64,000 nt of DNA from Candidatus Helarchaeota archaeon (lineage in GTDB: Archaea > Asgardarchaeota > Lokiarchaeia > Helarchaeales > RDOG01). The stretch spans positions 192,001 through 256,000 of the forward strand of contig JAHPZH010000006.1 of the NCBI GenBank assembly GCA_019058315.1. Reading direction: 5' to 3'. The notes beneath the pieces were generated by a model that searched no databases, had not been told where the DNA came from, and saw only the letters and a program-made list of their open reading frames with translations. Shown here in pieces: positions 61,650 to 64,000 of this stretch; the stretch's first letter is position 1, and each line of letters opens with the position of its first letter. The position numbers and the translations under genes are program-made.

Positions 61650-63065
61650 ATGTCAGCTGAAGATCCGATTTTAAAAAGATTAGAAGAGATAGTAGGAAAA
61701 GATTTCGTATCCAATCGAATCGAAGAGCGATATTATTATTCTAGAGATGCAGGTGCAACAGAACCATCTATGCCAGATTATATTGTCTTACCAAGTTCAA
61801 CTGAAGAAGTTCAAGCAATAGTTAAATTGGCTAATGAGAAAAAAATCCCGATTACGCCATTTGGTGGTGGTGTGACTACTTCTGGTCTTGCAATTGCTAC
61901 ACGGGGCGGAATTATAATTGACTTTAAAAGAATGGATAGAATATTAGAACTAAATAAAACAAGTTCCTATGTAATAATTGAACCTGGAGTCACACAAGGA
62001 CAATTAAAAACATATTTAGAGGAAAATACTAACAACGAATGGCAACACTCAATGCCTGGGGCACCCCCATCTGCTTCAGTTATTGGAAATTTAATGATTT
62101 ATGGAGCAGGGCATTTATGTAATAAATATGGGTATAATCATACAATGTGTAATGGAATTGAAGTTGTTCGTTCAGATGGTGAAATTTACAAATTAGGATC
62201 ATGTGCTGTTTCCGATAAATGGTTTGGAATACCTCCTATGCCTGATTTATCAAGCATTTTTTTAAATGGATGGATGGGAATAACAGGAATAATAACAAAA
62301 TTATCACTCCAAATTTTTCCAAAACCACCATTTAAAGAAGCTTTAGTATATACAACAACCAAGATTGACGATTTTACTGATGGAATGTATGAAGTTTTAA
62401 AATATGAGATTTGCGAAGATGTACTAGGTATGGTTGCTGGAATATTTGGCAAAACTATTATGTTATTTATGGTCTTTTCTGCAAATTTTCAAGAAGAATT
62501 AGATCTTAAAAGAAAGATGCTTAGAGATATTCTAGATAAGTTTGGACAGGGTCTTAATCCAAGAACTGGAAAAAAAAGACGACTTAGAGAGATGAAAGGG
62601 GTACCACAATCTCTTATAGAGGGTTTTTTAATTGTACCTCCTCCTGCATTAGCTAGTACAATGGGAGATGTTAGAAAAGGAGGCGGTGCAGAGTATATCG
62701 GAAGTTATATTCCATTTGAAGCGATTAAAGAAGTTTTTGAAGGTGGACGTGAGATTTGTAATAAATATGGATTGGCAAAGGAGAGTTATATAATAAGGGC
62801 AATTTCATTAAATCATGCTGTCATGTTTGCCTTAAATTATCCCTATAACCGTAAAGTTGAGGAAGAACGTAAAATGGTCGAGAAGCAACTAGCTGAAACA
62901 ACAGAACTTATTTTAAAAGCTGGAGGGATACCATGGAAGCCAGATGTCCATGCACAGAAAAAAATTTTGAAGCTGGCTGATCCAAATTATGTAAAATTGA
63001 TGAAAGAAGTGAAAAATTTACTAGATCCAAATAATATTTTAAATCCAGGAAAATGGGAGAAATAA
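61650..63065 (+). CDS. FAD-linked oxidoreductase (GlcD/Dld-like)
   Basis: PDYIVLP, GGG..SG, EPGVT, GIITK, DPNNILNPGK. Confidence 0.88.
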   Translation: MSAEDPILKRLEEIVGKDFVSNRIEERYYYSRDAGATEPSMPDYIVLPSSTEEVQAIVKLANEKKIPITPFGGGVTTSGLAIATRGGIIIDFKRMDRILELNKTSSYVIIEPGVTQGQLKTYLEENTNNEWQHSMPGAPPSASVIGNLMIYGAGHLCNKYGYNHTMCNGIEVVRSDGEIYKLGSCAVSDKWFGIPPMPDLSSIFLNGWMGITGIITKLSLQIFPKPPFKEALVYTTTKIDDFTDGMYEVLKYEICEDVLGMVAGIFGKTIMLFMVFSANFQEELDLKRKMLRDILDKFGQGLNPRTGKKRRLREMKGVPQSLIEGFLIVPPPALASTMGDVRKGGGAEYIGSYIPFEAIKEVFEGGREICNKYGLAKESYIIRAISLNHAVMFALNYPYNRKVEEERKMVEKQLAETTELILKAGGIPWKPDVHAQKKILKLADPNYVKLMKEVKNLLDPNNILNPGKWEK

Positions 63066-63069
63066 AAAA

Positions 63070-64000
63070 ATGACACTAGAAAAATTTTCTGAAATAGTTC
63101 ATCGATGTTTTAGATGTGGGTATTGTAAATTTACCGGAGGTAAAACTGTTGATGATCAATGGTTCATTAATTGTCCCGCTTTTAAAAAATGGAGATTTGA
63201 AACTTTTTCTCCTGGAGGAAAAATGTGGCTTATTTTTGCAGTTATGAATGACGAATTAGAATGGAGCGAATCAATGGCTAAAATTATCTATTCTTGTACA
63301 ACTTGTGGTAACTGTATGGAACACTGTGTATTCAATTTTAATGAAGATATAATTGATATATTTGAAGCTGCTCGGGAACAATTATTTTTTCAAGAGTTAG
63401 CACCCGAAAAATTCCGTCAATTTGGAGAACATGTAGCCAGAGAACATAATCCTTATATGGAGGGGCATAAAGATAGATTAAATTGGCTTCCTAAAGATGC
63501 TAAAATATCCGAAACCGCTGAAGTGGGATATTTTGTAGGATGTACTGCCTCATACAGACAAACTCAGATAGCACAAGATACTGTTAAAATATTGAATAGA
63601 CTTGGAGTTGAATTCCAAATTTTAGGAGAAGAATGGTGCTGTGGTTCACCACTAATTCGTACCGGACAAACAAAAACTGCGCTTGAACTGGCTAAACATA
63701 ATATTGAAAAATTTGAAGAAGCTGGGATCAAACAAATAATCACATCTTGTGCCGGGTGTTATCGTACATTAAAAGAAGATTACCCAAAAAAATTTGAATT
63801 AACCTATAATTTTAAAGTATTACATCTAACAGAATACCTTGAAAAGAATTTAGATAAACTAAATTTTAAAGAAGCTTTGAATAAAACCGTTACTTATCAT
63901 GATCCGTGTCATTTAGGTCGACATGCTAATTTATATGAAGCTCCCAGAGCTATTTTAAAGAAATTTCCAGGTATTAAATTTATGGAAATGAAAAAAAATC
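63070..64000 (+). CDS. Fe-S oxidoreductase (HdrD/GlcF-like), truncated by window edge
   Basis: ATG 63070; CFRCGYC, CTTCGNCMEHC, FVGC, WCCG, SCAGC, YHDPCHLGR. Confidence 0.85.
   Translation, partial: MTLEKFSEIVHRCFRCGYCKFTGGKTVDDQWFINCPAFKKWRFETFSPGGKMWLIFAVMNDELEWSESMAKIIYSCTTCGNCMEHCVFNFNEDIIDIFEAAREQLFFQELAPEKFRQFGEHVAREHNPYMEGHKDRLNWLPKDAKISETAEVGYFVGCTASYRQTQIAQDTVKILNRLGVEFQILGEEWCCGSPLIRTGQTKTALELAKHNIEKFEEAGIKQIITSCAGCYRTLKEDYPKKFELTYNFKVLHLTEYLEKNLDKLNFKEALNKTVTYHDPCHLGRHANLYEAPRAILKKFPGIKFMEMKKN

Noticed and set aside
4890-62452. Short antisense or alternative-frame ORFs in the track (e.g. 4890-5375, 9880-10254, 35907-36356, 39301-39630, 41714-42058, 59696-60013)
   Set aside because: Nested within or largely overlapping well-supported genes, with no motifs; shadow ORFs
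1-64000. tRNA, rRNA or IS/transposase
   Set aside because: No cloverleaf, rRNA-like GC-rich tract, transposase ORF or terminal inverted repeat pair recognised by eye

Overview
Low-GC (AT-rich) archaeal chromosomal region, most consistent with an Asgard archaeon (Lokiarchaeia/Helarchaeales-like). This is inferred from class I LysRS, archaeal-type ProRS, rps26e, RNase HII with a PIP box, a longin-like protein, RING-finger proteins and a vWA-RING-PCI-like protein. The window holds housekeeping genes, an arsR/acr3 pair, an ABC importer and a large nitrogen-assimilation island bracketed by two Lrp/AsnC regulators. The island contains split glutamate synthase, an HdrB-HdrC-like fusion, glnA, a GATase, nadE, a PEP/pyruvate-binding protein, glmS, glnK and amtB, with a recurring TGAAYAWWTRTTCA palindrome. 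Further right are a WD40-TPR gene, a free-standing LAGLIDADG-type gene, leuCD-like genes, methylmalonyl-CoA mutase, 2TM-repeat membrane proteins and a GlcD/Hdr-like oxidoreductase operon. The standout observation is in the leuC-like gene, which is interrupted inside its conserved GGD|SHT motif by a 27-nt stop-containing insert (40831-40857). The insert boundaries fall exactly on the cleavage positions of a bulge-helix-bulge (BHB) RNA motif, making it a candidate mRNA intron removed by the tRNA-splicing endonuclease. It lies directly divergent from the LAGLIDADG-type gene. No tRNA, rRNA or CRISPR array was recognised. All calls are by eye, without database searches.
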